A stretch of DNA of 64,000 nucleotides from Myxococcales bacterium. GTDB lineage: Bacteria; Myxococcota_A; Bradymonadia; UBA7976; UBA1532. Shown piece by piece: positions 10,241 through 19,293 of the stretch. The notes below the pieces were generated by a model that was not told where the DNA came from, did no database searches, and saw nothing but the letters and a program-made list of their open reading frames with translations. A program made the position numbers and the translations under genes. Location of the stretch: the NCBI GenBank assembly GCA_020633555.1, contig JACKDL010000007.1:93821-157820 (forward strand). The letters run 5' to 3'. Each line of letters begins with the position of its first letter. The stretch's first letter is position 1.

Positions 10241-11438
10241 ATGACTCGACACAACCTCTGGATGGCCGTGGCCCTGGCGGGCGCGCTGTGGGCCTGCGAC
10301 GACGCCGACGACAGCCCGACCGACGCCGGCATGGGCGGCCAGGGCGGCGCGGGCGGCGCGGGCGGCGCGGGCGGCGCGGGCGGCGCGGGCGGCCAGGGCG
10401 GCATGGGCGGCGCGGGCGGCCAGGGCGGCGCGGGCGGCCAGGGCGGCGCGGGGGAATGGGTGGGGCGGCGACGATCCGTGCGTCACGGCCTGCACCACGC
10501 TGGCCGACTGCGCGGCCCAGGACACCTACTGCCCGGGCATCGACCCCGGCGCGTCCCGCGACGGCCTGTACGCCGGCTGTCTGGACTCGTGCGCCAACAT
10601 GGCCGCGCTGGCCACCATCGTGAACGGCTTCGGCGGCGACTGCGCCCGGGTCATCCCCACGGTCAGCACGGCCAGCGCCGACTTCGCGGCGAGCTGCGAG
10701 GGCGGCGGCATGGGCGGCGCGGGCGGTGAGGGCGGGATGGGCGGTGCTGGGGCGCGGGCGGTGCCGGTGGCGCGGGCGGTGCCGGTGGCGGGCGGCGCCG
10801 GTGGCGCGGGTGGCGCGGGCGGCGCGGGCGGCGCGGGCGGGGGGGAGGTGCCGGCCTGCGGCGCCGGGAGCGACTGCAACGCCGACGCGGACTGCCCGGG
10901 GGCGACCTGTCGCTCCATGACGGGCCCCGGCGGCGTGTGCACCTGCGTCGGCCCCGCCCCCGAGCCGCAGCGCAACTTCTGCGACGGGGGCGGCGGCCCG
11001 GGCGGTGGCTGCTGTGCCGACGCGGACTGTGCGGATCAGGGCCCCGGCGCCGTCTGCCAGGCCGAGGGCTACAACGCGCTCGATGGCTACTGCGGCGGCG
11101 CCGCCCCGCCCGACTGGAACGCTTGTCGGGTGGACGGCTGCGCGCAGGACGCGGACTGCGGCAACGCCGACTTCGTGTGCGTGCCGCGCGGGGCCTATGC
11201 CCACCGCTACGCCGTGTGCGCCCGGGTGGCCTGCCGCACCGACGCCGACTGTGGCGCCCGGGCGGGGGGCGTCTGCTCGCCCTTCTTCACCCGTTGCCGC
11301 AGCGACGGCTTCTTCTGCCGCTACCCCGACGATCCCTGCACCACCGACCAGGACTGCCAGGGCAACGAGCCCATGAGCTGTGTGCCCAACGCCAACGGCC
11401 AGGGCACCCAGTGCGTGGTGGATCTGCCGGCGCCGTAG
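10241..11438 (+). CDS. lipoprotein with GGxGG glycine repeats and C-terminal D-x-DC...C cysteine-repeat domain; reading frame broken by a 1-bp G-homopolymer length change near 10443-10447
   Basis: The ATG at 10241 begins a lipoprotein signal (MTRHNLWMAVALAGALWAC), followed by GGQGGAGGAGGAGG... repeats. After the run gcgGGGGGaat the protein-like frame switches (GNGWGGDDPCVTACTTLADCAAQDTYCPG...). It then continues to 11438 with repeated DADCPGATC / DADCADQGPGAVC / DADCGNADFVCV / DADCGARAGGVCS / DQDCQGNEPMSCV units. That frame has a TGA at 10242-10244 and no start of its own. Confidence 0.55.
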
Positions 11439-11454
11439 CCGCTCCCCCTTCGGC

Positions 11455-14298
11455 TCAGGGGGCCTCGCAGCGGTCGCGCCAGGCGAACACCTGCTCGGCG
11501 CGGGGCGGCCAGGCGGCGGCCAGGCCGTAGCGGTTGTCGGCCTCTTCGCAGTCCGGCCACTTCTCGACCGTGGGCCAGTCGCCGCGGCTGAACTTGTAGT
11601 CGAACCACTCGCCCCGTGGCGCGCGCAGGGTGCCCGCGGCCGTGCCGTCGGCCTGCCACGCCAGGGGGTGATGGACCTGCCAGCCGTCCACGCTGCTGGC
11701 GATGTGCACGGGCCGGTCGCGGGGGGTGTCCTCGGGCACCTGCACCTCGAAGGGCACCTCGACCCACGCGGGCTCGGGGCCTTGGGCGGCGCCCGTGATC
11801 ACCAGGGTGAAGGCGGCGACGTCCGGCACCGTGAGCCACAGGCTGCGGTCCTGGGGATCGTGGCGCACGTCGGCCACGGGCAACCCGTCGAGGGTCACGG
11901 CGGTCGGCGGTTGGTCCAAGGGGCGGATCCGCAGGTGCAGCGGGCCCGCCGGCGGGGCGTCGCCCGCGGCCGAAAGGCTGAAGCCGTCGGCGCGGGGCGA
12001 GAGCACGTACTCGATGTGGCCCACGGCCTCGCCGCCACCGTCCAAGACTCGCGTCTGGCGGGTGGGCGTGGGGCCCGGGAACAGCTCCAGCGTCAACGGG
12101 CCCGCGGCCTCGGCGGCGCTGCGGGCCGCGGGGCCGGTGGGCACGATGGCGCCCTCACGCAGGAAGAGGGGCAGCGCCGCCAGGCGCACCGACGGGGTGA
12201 TGCGGGCAGGCCCCTGGATCACCCGGCCGCTCCACCAGTCCAGCCAGCGGCCGGGGGGCAGGTCCAGGGGTCGGTCGGTGGCCCCCTCGGCCAGCACAGG
12301 CGCAGCCAACAGCCAGGGGCCCAGCAGGGCCAGGTCGTCGGCGGGCGGGTGCTCGGGGAAGTGCCAGGCCACAGGGCGCAGCACGGGCGCGCCGGTGGCG
12401 TGAGCGGCGTCGAACAGGCCCTCCAGGTAGGGCAGGAGGCGCACCCGGAGCTGCAGGAAGGCGCGGCTGATGGCCAGCACCTCGGGGCCGAACATCCAGG
12501 GCTCCTGGCCGGCCACGCCTGAGGTGAAGTGCCCGCGCATGAAGGGGCTGATGACGCCCAACGCCATCCAGCGGGCGAAGAGCTCGGGGCTGGCGCCCCC
12601 GCTGTAGCCGCCGATGTCGGTGCCCGTGAACGGCTGCCCCGAGAGGCCCACGCCGAGCATCATGGGCAGGCTCTCGGCCAGCGCCCACCAGGCGCTGGGG
12701 GCGTCGCCGGTCCAGTGCCCGGCCACGGCCTGCGTGCCCGCGAAGCCGGCGCGGCTGAGCACGAAGGGGCGCTCGCCGGGGCGCGCGGCCCGCAGCCCCT
12801 CGGCGGTGGCGCGGGCCTGTTGCAGCGCGTAGACGTTGTGGCCCTCGGCCATGGTGGTGGGGCGGCCGTCGCCGGCGAGGGGGATCGCGTCGTCGACGGT
12901 GGCTTCGCCGCCGCTCTCGGGGAACAGGGTCGGCTCGTTGACGTCCAGCCAGATGCCGTGCACCCCGCGCTCGGCCAGCGCCTGCACCTGGGCCGCCCAG
13001 AAGGCCCGGGCGGCCGGCAGGGTGAAGTCGGGCCACGCCGACTCCCCGGGCCACGCCTGCCCCGTGAACAGGCGGCCGTCGGGCCAGCGCAGCAGCAGGC
13101 CCTGGTCGCGGGCGGCTGTGAACACGGGCCAGCCCTCGTCCACCTTCAGGCCCGGATCGGCGATGGCCACCGTGCGGACGCCCAGCGCGGCCAGGTCGCC
13201 GACGAGGCCCTCCGGATCGGGGAAGTACTCGGGATCAAAGGTGAAGCTGCGAAAGCCGTGCATGTGCTGGATGTCGAGCCACAGGGCGTCCACGGGCAGG
13301 TCGCGATCGCGGAAGCCGTGGGCGATGGCGCGCACGGTGGCGGCGTCGGGCCAGCCCCAGCGGCTCTGGTGGTAGCCCAGGGCCCACCGCGGCGGGCGGG
13401 CGGGGCGGCCGGTCAGCGCGGTGAAGCCGTCGAGCACGCCCGCCAGGTCGGGGCCCGGCAGAAGGTACAGGTCCAGCTCGCCGCCTGCGGCGCGAAGGGT
13501 CACTGCGTCGGGGGCGGTGGCGTCCAGGGTGCTGGTGAAGGCGTTGTCCAGGAACACACCCAGGGCGCGGCCGGCGCCGTCCACGCGCTGGTAGAAGGGC
13601 ACACACAGGTACAGCGGGTCCTGGCCGGGCCCGTAGCCGCCGAAGTCCGGGTCGTAGGCGTCCACCCCGCGGCAGGTCAGGGTGCGCCCGCGGCGGTCCA
13701 GGGCGCCGCCGCGGGCCCCGAAGCCGAACAGGCGGGTGTCGGGGGGCAGAGCCGCGGTGGTGGCCCCGGGCGTCGGCGGCGTCTCGGTCCGCAGCACCGC
13801 CCCGTCCACGTCGGTCAGGGTGGTGCCGCAGTCGGCGTGGACGGTCAGGGCCCAGCCATCGGTACAGAGGACGATGGCCTCGCCGTCGGCCCGGGCCACT
13901 CCGTGCGGCGCGACGGGCCAGGCGTCGGCGGGCACGGCCCACGACCGCGAGGGCGGCGCGTCGGCGGCGTGGCGGCGCAGGCGCACGCCCGCGGGCCCCG
14001 GGGTGACGGTGAGGACATGATCGGCGCACGGGACGGTGAGGGGGCTCGCCGCCAGGGTGGCGCCGGGGGGGCAGGCGGCGAACGGGGGGCCGCTGTCGGC
14101 CGGATCCTGGTCAGCGGCACCCTGATCGGCCGGGCCCTGGTCGACGGCGTCCTGATCCGCTGGGCTGGCGTCGGTGGGGCCGCGATCCGCGGCGCCCGTG
14201 TCGGCGAGGGCGGCGTCGCCGCCGGGCTGGGCCGTGGGGGCCTCGGCGCCCCCGGGATCACAGCCCAGGAGCGCGAGCGCCAGCGCCCAGCGTCGCAT
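11455..14298 (-). CDS. glycoside hydrolase family 31 alpha-glucosidase/alpha-xylosidase-like, secreted, with C-terminal carbohydrate-binding-like domain
   Basis: 947 aa with an N-terminal signal. GH31 catalytic region: GIWLDVNEP (nucleophile Asp region WLDMNE-type), HNVYAL, and GFAGTQAVAGHWTGDAPSAWWALAESL (GH31 signature around the acid/base Asp). The C-terminal ~100 aa are W/Y-rich (starch-binding-like). Confidence 0.85.
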   Translation of the reverse strand: MRRWALALALLGCDPGGAEAPTAQPGGDAALADTGAADRGPTDASPADQDAVDQGPADQGAADQDPADSGPPFAACPPGATLAASPLTVPCADHVLTVTPGPAGVRLRRHAADAPPSRSWAVPADAWPVAPHGVARADGEAIVLCTDGWALTVHADCGTTLTDVDGAVLRTETPPTPGATTAALPPDTRLFGFGARGGALDRRGRTLTCRGVDAYDPDFGGYGPGQDPLYLCVPFYQRVDGAGRALGVFLDNAFTSTLDATAPDAVTLRAAGGELDLYLLPGPDLAGVLDGFTALTGRPARPPRWALGYHQSRWGWPDAATVRAIAHGFRDRDLPVDALWLDIQHMHGFRSFTFDPEYFPDPEGLVGDLAALGVRTVAIADPGLKVDEGWPVFTAARDQGLLLRWPDGRLFTGQAWPGESAWPDFTLPAARAFWAAQVQALAERGVHGIWLDVNEPTLFPESGGEATVDDAIPLAGDGRPTTMAEGHNVYALQQARATAEGLRAARPGERPFVLSRAGFAGTQAVAGHWTGDAPSAWWALAESLPMMLGVGLSGQPFTGTDIGGYSGGASPELFARWMALGVISPFMRGHFTSGVAGQEPWMFGPEVLAISRAFLQLRVRLLPYLEGLFDAAHATGAPVLRPVAWHFPEHPPADDLALLGPWLLAAPVLAEGATDRPLDLPPGRWLDWWSGRVIQGPARITPSVRLAALPLFLREGAIVPTGPAARSAAEAAGPLTLELFPGPTPTRQTRVLDGGGEAVGHIEYVLSPRADGFSLSAAGDAPPAGPLHLRIRPLDQPPTAVTLDGLPVADVRHDPQDRSLWLTVPDVAAFTLVITGAAQGPEPAWVEVPFEVQVPEDTPRDRPVHIASSVDGWQVHHPLAWQADGTAAGTLRAPRGEWFDYKFSRGDWPTVEKWPDCEEADNRYGLAAAWPPRAEQVFAWRDRCEAP

Positions 14299-14299
14299 G

Positions 14300-15355
14300 T
14301 CAGCCGTCGCCCAGATCGGCGCCCAGGTCCCGCAGCAGCTTGATGAAGTCGCGCGGCGGCTGCAGCTCGATGCGGGGCTGGCCGCCCTCGTCCTGGGCCG
14401 CCTGGAACACGTAGGGCAGCTCCACCCAGTCCTCGTCGCGGCGCCAGTACACCTTCGGCGACAGGGGATCGGGGTACTCCTGGTGAAGCTGGCGGGCGAT
14501 GGAGGCCATCCAGCCGTAGGCGCCGGCGGCGCTCTTGTCCTTCAGGGGGTGGAACAGCGCGCCGTGACGGCTGGGGAAGGCCAGCAGCACGCCGTGGGGC
14601 CACGCCTCGCCCTCTTCGGGCTCGTGCTCGGCGGCCCAGGCGCTGACGAAGAAGCCGTTGCCCACGATGAGCTGGCCCTCGACGCCGGGCATGGCCTCGA
14701 CGGTCTGGACCTGCACGGCCTCGGTCTCGCGCACGTGCGCCAGGCCGTAGGCGATGGCGTCCTCGGCGTCCTCCACGTGGCCCTTCCAGGCGGCCAGGTG
14801 GGCCTTGGGCACCGTGTGCTCGAAGCCGCCGTGGTCGTACATGAGCACCGCCACCAGCCCGGGGGCGAAGTCGGCGGTGACCATGGCGCTGCGGTCCAGG
14901 TTCATGCCCTCGACGTACTCGGTGCTGAAGAACTGAGTCTTCAGCAGGCCCTTGGCCTTCGCCCAGCCCGGCCCCTCGGCGTCGGCGGGCGGTGCGGTGG
15001 GGGCGGGGCGATCCTCGGGCATGGCCGGCTCGTCGGCGGCCTCGTGCAGGGTGCTGCGGCCCAGGCGGGCCATGAGCAGGTCGTCCACCTCGCGGCGGCG
15101 CGCCTCGGGATCCTCGGTGGCGGCCAGCCGGTCGGCCACCTTGAAGAAGCTGACGGTCACGTCGCGCTTGGGCATGCGCACGGTCATCGCGCCCATGCGC
15201 AACGTCTTCGAGAGCTGGGGGATGCCCCGCCGCTCCAGGTCGCTCTGCAGCCACTCGATGAAGTCGTCGAAGCGGGCCTTGGTCTCGAAGGCGCGCGCCC
15301 AGCGGGGGGGCTTGGGCTCGCCGCCGCCCCCGAAGATCTTTCCGAACAGTCCCAT
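14300..15355 (-). CDS. hypothetical protein (no recognisable domain); tightly coupled upstream of the GH31 gene
   Basis: 351-aa ORF with balanced composition. Its stop at 14300-14302 lies immediately before the GH31 ATG at 14298. N-terminus MGLFGKIFGGGGEPK. Confidence 0.55.
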   Translation of the reverse strand: MGLFGKIFGGGGEPKPPRWARAFETKARFDDFIEWLQSDLERRGIPQLSKTLRMGAMTVRMPKRDVTVSFFKVADRLAATEDPEARRREVDDLLMARLGRSTLHEAADEPAMPEDRPAPTAPPADAEGPGWAKAKGLLKTQFFSTEYVEGMNLDRSAMVTADFAPGLVAVLMYDHGGFEHTVPKAHLAAWKGHVEDAEDAIAYGLAHVRETEAVQVQTVEAMPGVEGQLIVGNGFFVSAWAAEHEPEEGEAWPHGVLLAFPSRHGALFHPLKDKSAAGAYGWMASIARQLHQEYPDPLSPKVYWRRDEDWVELPYVFQAAQDEGGQPRIELQPPRDFIKLLRDLGADLGDG

Positions 15356-15413
15356 GGCTCCTCCCGCGGTGCGGCGCGCAGTCTCGTCAGCCGCACCGCC
15401 CGGCGCAAGGCTG

Positions 15414-15797
15414 TCACTCGGGGGCGGCCCACAGGGCCATGGGGGCCTCTTGCAGCAGCGGGTGCCGCACGGGGGTGTCGGGGGTGAGCACGAAGCGGGT
15501 CTGCCCTTCGGCGGGCACCTTCAGGGGCGCCTCGGCCTCCAGGGCCACCCGGCGGCCGTTCAGGTCCACCTCGAAGGTCACCCGGCCGCGCCGGCCCTCG
15601 TCGTCCAGGCCCACGTCGATCTCGGCGCTGGCCTGGCCGGGCAGCAGCCGGTCGGGGCTCTGGTAGGTCTGGTTGCTGGTGGTCCAGCGCATGTTCTCGA
15701 TGGTGACGCCGGGCACCTGGTTCTCGAAGACGAGGGTGGTGGGCTCACAGGCCACCAGGCCCAACAGCACGAGGGCGAAGAAGAGGGCGCGGTTCAT
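15414..15797 (-). CDS. small lipoprotein
   Basis: MNRALFFALVLLGLVACEPT gives a lipobox LVAC. 127 aa. The ATG overlaps the stop of the upstream gene (ATGA). Confidence 0.65.
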   Translation of the reverse strand: MNRALFFALVLLGLVACEPTTLVFENQVPGVTIENMRWTTSNQTYQSPDRLLPGQASAEIDVGLDDEGRRGRVTFEVDLNGRRVALEAEAPLKVPAEGQTRFVLTPDTPVRHPLLQEAPMALWAAPE

Positions 15798-16409
15798 GGG
15801 ATCACCTCCGCGGCGTCCAGGCCGTGGGCCGTCAGGGTCAGGGCGCCCACGTGGGCGCTGGCGTCGCCGCGGGCGACGTGGAAGGGCAGCCAGTGCGAGA
15901 AGCTCAGCGCCACCCGGCGGCCCCCGGCGTCCTCCAGGATCACCTCGGCCACGCGGGCCACGTGATCGCCGGCGGCCAGGGTGCGGTCGAGCACGCTCAG
16001 CCAGGCGCGCACGTCATCGGGCGGGCTCTCCACCAGGGCGACGTCGTCGGTGAGGTGGGCCACCAGCAGCAGGCTGCGGGGCTCGGGCAGCAGCCGCCAC
16101 CCCGCCACCGGGGGGGCCGAGGCGGCCTGCGGGGCCACGGCGAAGCGGCCCCAGGGCTGGCCGTCCACCTCGAGGGCCACGGCCACCACGTGCGCGGGAT
16201 CCACCGAGGCGTCGGCGTGGGCGCCCAGGGGACCCTCCAGGCCCGCGGGCACGCGCAGGTCCAGGGTGAGCAGCAGCGTGTCCACCTGGCGCTCATCGGG
16301 GTTGGCCGTCACCGCCTCGCTGGGGGTGGGGGGGGGGCCCACGTCGCAGCCCGTCAGGGGGCGCGGCGAGGGCCAGGCTGAGCAGCAGTCGCTGGGTCTG
16401 GCCGAGCAT
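15794..16409 (-). CDS. lipoprotein; signal peptide and RBS-linked ATG (16409) are out of frame with the body because of a C5 homopolymer (16357-16361 on +)
   Basis: GGAGG RBS 7 nt upstream of ATG 16409. With one C removed the N-terminus reads MLGQTQRLLLSLALAAPLTGCDVGPPPTPSE... (lipobox LTGC), joining the 182-aa ORF that the track starts at GTG 16342. Confidence 0.5.
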
Positions 16410-16546
16410 GAGAGACCTCCGGTTCAGGTGACGAATCTGTCTCTGTTCAAAGGGCGTGCCATCGCCGCTGCCCCGCCCGGGCGGGGCTGCGGGCGCCGCC
16501 GTGAACCGGCGTTGACGGGGCGGTGTGACCGGGAGAAGGTGCGGGC

Positions 16547-17324
16547 ATGTCGAGCACCGAGTCGCCGCTGAAGGCCTGGTGGGGTCCCCACGCGCTGCCC
16601 CCGCCGGGCGAAGGGCTCCACTGGCGCATTGGCCCTCTGAGCCTCTGGGTCCGCGCGTGGCCCGGCGGCTGGAGCGTGCACTGCGCCGACTCCGGGGATC
16701 CCGTGGACGAGGCGCTGATCGTGGCCGAGCCGGGCCTGGCGCCCCCTGAGGCCGACCGCATCCGGCTGGCTTCGGAGCGGCTGGGCGGCACCGTGGTGCT
16801 GGGCGCCCGCTGCCCCGACCGGGTCATCGCGGTGCGCCCCGAGATCGCGCTCACCGTGCTGCCGGGCGACCGGGTGACCCTGTTCGTGGGCACGGCCGTG
16901 TGGCTCACGCTGGGCACCGAGGCCGGTGAGGTGGTGCACGAGCTGCCCGTGTACCGCCCCACCGACTCCTGGCTGGGGCCCGACACCCGATCGGGGATCC
17001 TGGCCTACGCGGGCGCACGTCGGCCCGCACGGTGTTGGCGGATCTGCCGCCGCGGCCCGGTCGGGCGGTCACCCGCCTGACCCTGGTGAACAGCACCCGG
17101 CGGCCGCTGGCCTTTGAGCGGGTGGTGCTGCCCATGCCCTCGCTGGCGCTCTACGCCGATCCGGATCACCGGCTGTGGACCGATGACGTGACCTACGAGC
17201 TCAGCGCCGATCCCGAGGGCACGGTGCGCACCGCGCCGCCCGGCTCACACCCGCGCATGAGCCCCCGCGCGAGACCAGCGAGGGCAGCGCCTTCCGCCGC
17301 GCCTGGGAGGCCCTCTTCCGGTGA
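16547..17324 (+). CDS. hypothetical cytoplasmic protein, interrupted by two apparent frameshifts (near 17030-17080 and 17230-17260)
   Basis: GGGAGAAGG RBS upstream of ATG 16547. Protein-like sequence continues across three frames: ...LGPDTRSGILAYAG, then LADLPPRPGRAVTRLTLVNSTRRPLAFERVVLP...DPEGTVRTAPPGS, then LTPAHEPPRETSEGSAFRRAWEALFR with a stop at 17322-17324, just before the MscS start. Confidence 0.4.
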
Positions 17325-17328
17325 ACGC

Positions 17329-18164
17329 ATGAACGATCTCATCCAAAGCGCCTGGGCCTGGCTGAACAGCCCCACCGCCGATCGCTACTGGCAGTCGGCG
17401 CTCATCCTGGTGAGCGGGATCTTCATCACCCGCTGGATCACCCGGGCCGCCGGCGCCCTGGTGGAGCGCCACCGTGGCGCCAACTCGGCCATGATCACCC
17501 GGCGGCTGCTCACCTATGGCCTGTACAGCCTGGTGGTGCTCAGCGTGCTGCAGCACCTGGGCTTCAAGCTCAGCGTGCTGCTGGGCGCGGCGGGTGTGCT
17601 GACCGTGGCCGTGGGCTTCGCCGCCCAGACGTCCGCCAGCAACCTCATCGCGGGCTGTTCCTGATGGCGGAGCGGCCGTTCCTGGTGGGCGACGTGGTCG
17701 AGGTGGACACCGTGCTGGGTGACGTCATCAGCATCGATCTGCTGAGCGTGAAGCTGCGCACCTTCGACAACCTGCTGGTGCGCATCCCCAACGAGACCAT
17801 GGTGAAGGCCCGGCTCACCAACTACACCCACCACCCCATCCGGCGGGTGGAGATCCCCTTCAGCGTCGCCTACTCGAGTGATCTGCCGAAGGTGAAGGCG
17901 GTGCTCGAGGAGGTGGCGTACCACCACCCCCACGCCTTCGACGAGCCCGAGCCGGTGATCCTGTTCCAGGCCTTCGGGGCGTCGAGCATCGATGGCGTGT
18001 TCCGGGTGTGGTGCCAGCGGGCGCAGGTGCTGCAGGTGCGCTCCGAGCTGGTGGTGCGCATCAAGCAGGCCTTCGACGCCGCGGGCATCGAGATCCCGTT
18101 CCCCCAGCAGGTGGTGCATCACATGGGGGCGCCGCCGTTGCGGGAGAGCCCCGCCGGGGCCTGA
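17329..18164 (+). CDS. mechanosensitive ion channel, MscS family; one frameshift at about 17655
   Basis: MNDLIQSAWAWLNS...GAAGVLTVAVGFAAQTSASNLIAG, then (other frame) MAERPFLVGDVVEVDTVLGDVISIDLLSVKLRTFDNLLVRIPNETM. This matches the MscS TM3/beta-domain consensus (GxAxQ...SNxxSGxx...RPFxxGDxxE). The junction NLIAG|LFLMAERPF needs a single missing C in gcgggCctg. Confidence 0.8.
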
Positions 18165-18221
18165 CGGGCGGCCTGATGCCCGCCCCGGGCGGGGCGGGGA
18201 GGGCCCGCAGCTCAGCGAGGC

Positions 18222-19181
18222 TCAGACGCTGAGGGACTCGCGCTGGACCAGCCAGCCCAGCTCCTCGGCCTTCTCGACCATGTCCTCGTCGCCCTTATCG
18301 AACACGATGGACAGGCCTTCGCAGTTCTCCAGCAGCTCGAAGTCGTTCATCGAGTCGCCCAGGGCCAGCACGGGGCTGCGGCCCACGGTGTCCAGGAACA
18401 TCTCCAGCTTGCCCTCGCCAATGGGCCACGGCTCCTCGGGGCGGTCGGTCATGCTGCCGCCCTGGAGCTGCAGCTCGATGCCCAGGCAGCGCTCTTCGGG
18501 GAAGTTCAGCCGCCGGGCCAGGGCCCGCAGCACGTACTGGTTGCTGCTCGAGACGATCCAGGTCTGGAAGCCGTAGGCGTCCAGGGCGCGCAGCAGGTCG
18601 ATCATCTCGTGATAGACCCGGATGCCGGTGGGCACCACCATCCCGTGGAACGGCGGACCGTGGGCGATCTCCTCCTGACCCAGCGAGCGGTCGAGCTCGT
18701 AGTCCAGGACCTCCTCCACCAGATCGGCCACCGTGCGCTCGTGCAGGCCCTTCAGCATGCGCGCGGCGAACAGGTAGGCCTGCTCGCGGTCGGTCTCGCG
18801 CAGGGTCTCGTAGACGCCGATGAGCCCGGCCCGGTAGCGCCGGTACGCGGCGGTGTCCATCACCTCGCCGTCCGAGCGGCCGGCCACGGCCTTGTAGGCG
18901 GCCTGGATGGCGTCGCGGCCCATCTTGTCGGGCACGATGTGCCAGAAGCCCCGATCGGTCTTCAGCCGGCGCCGGGTGACCATGAAGCGCAGCATGGCCT
19001 CGCCGATGTCGTGGTGGATCAGCGTCTCGTCGCAGTCCATCACCACCAGCGGGGGCTGGGCGGGGTTGTAGTCGGGGCTGTCGACGCCGTGCTTGCGGAT
19101 CAGCTCGGTCAGCGCGGCGTGGATGTGGGGCTCCCAGGCACCCAGCTGGAGGATGCTCTCGTCGTGCTCGGACTGGCTCAT
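18222..19181 (-). CDS. HAD-superfamily hydrolase
   Basis: 320 aa from MSQSEHDESILQ. HAD motif I VVMDCDETLIHHD (DxDxT). Later S/T-containing motif II region and ALGDSMNDFELL (motif IV GDxxND). Confidence 0.8.
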   Translation of the reverse strand: MSQSEHDESILQLGAWEPHIHAALTELIRKHGVDSPDYNPAQPPLVVMDCDETLIHHDIGEAMLRFMVTRRRLKTDRGFWHIVPDKMGRDAIQAAYKAVAGRSDGEVMDTAAYRRYRAGLIGVYETLRETDREQAYLFAARMLKGLHERTVADLVEEVLDYELDRSLGQEEIAHGPPFHGMVVPTGIRVYHEMIDLLRALDAYGFQTWIVSSSNQYVLRALARRLNFPEERCLGIELQLQGGSMTDRPEEPWPIGEGKLEMFLDTVGRSPVLALGDSMNDFELLENCEGLSIVFDKGDEDMVEKAEELGWLVQRESLSV

Positions 19182-19293
19182 GTCACCATCGCGGAGTGCT
19201 GGACCGCGCCGCCGCGGAGGGGCGCGGGCAGGATGGACGCCCGGACCAGGTTGGCCGGGGCGAAGGGATCTGAAGGGGGTGGGGCACTGGCGC

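Noticed and set aside
10071-11204. 377-aa minus-strand ORF
   Set aside because: Antisense to the Gly-repeat / Cys-repeat lipoprotein. Its repeats (RPRRPGRP...) are the reverse-complement reading of the GGxGG codon repeats.
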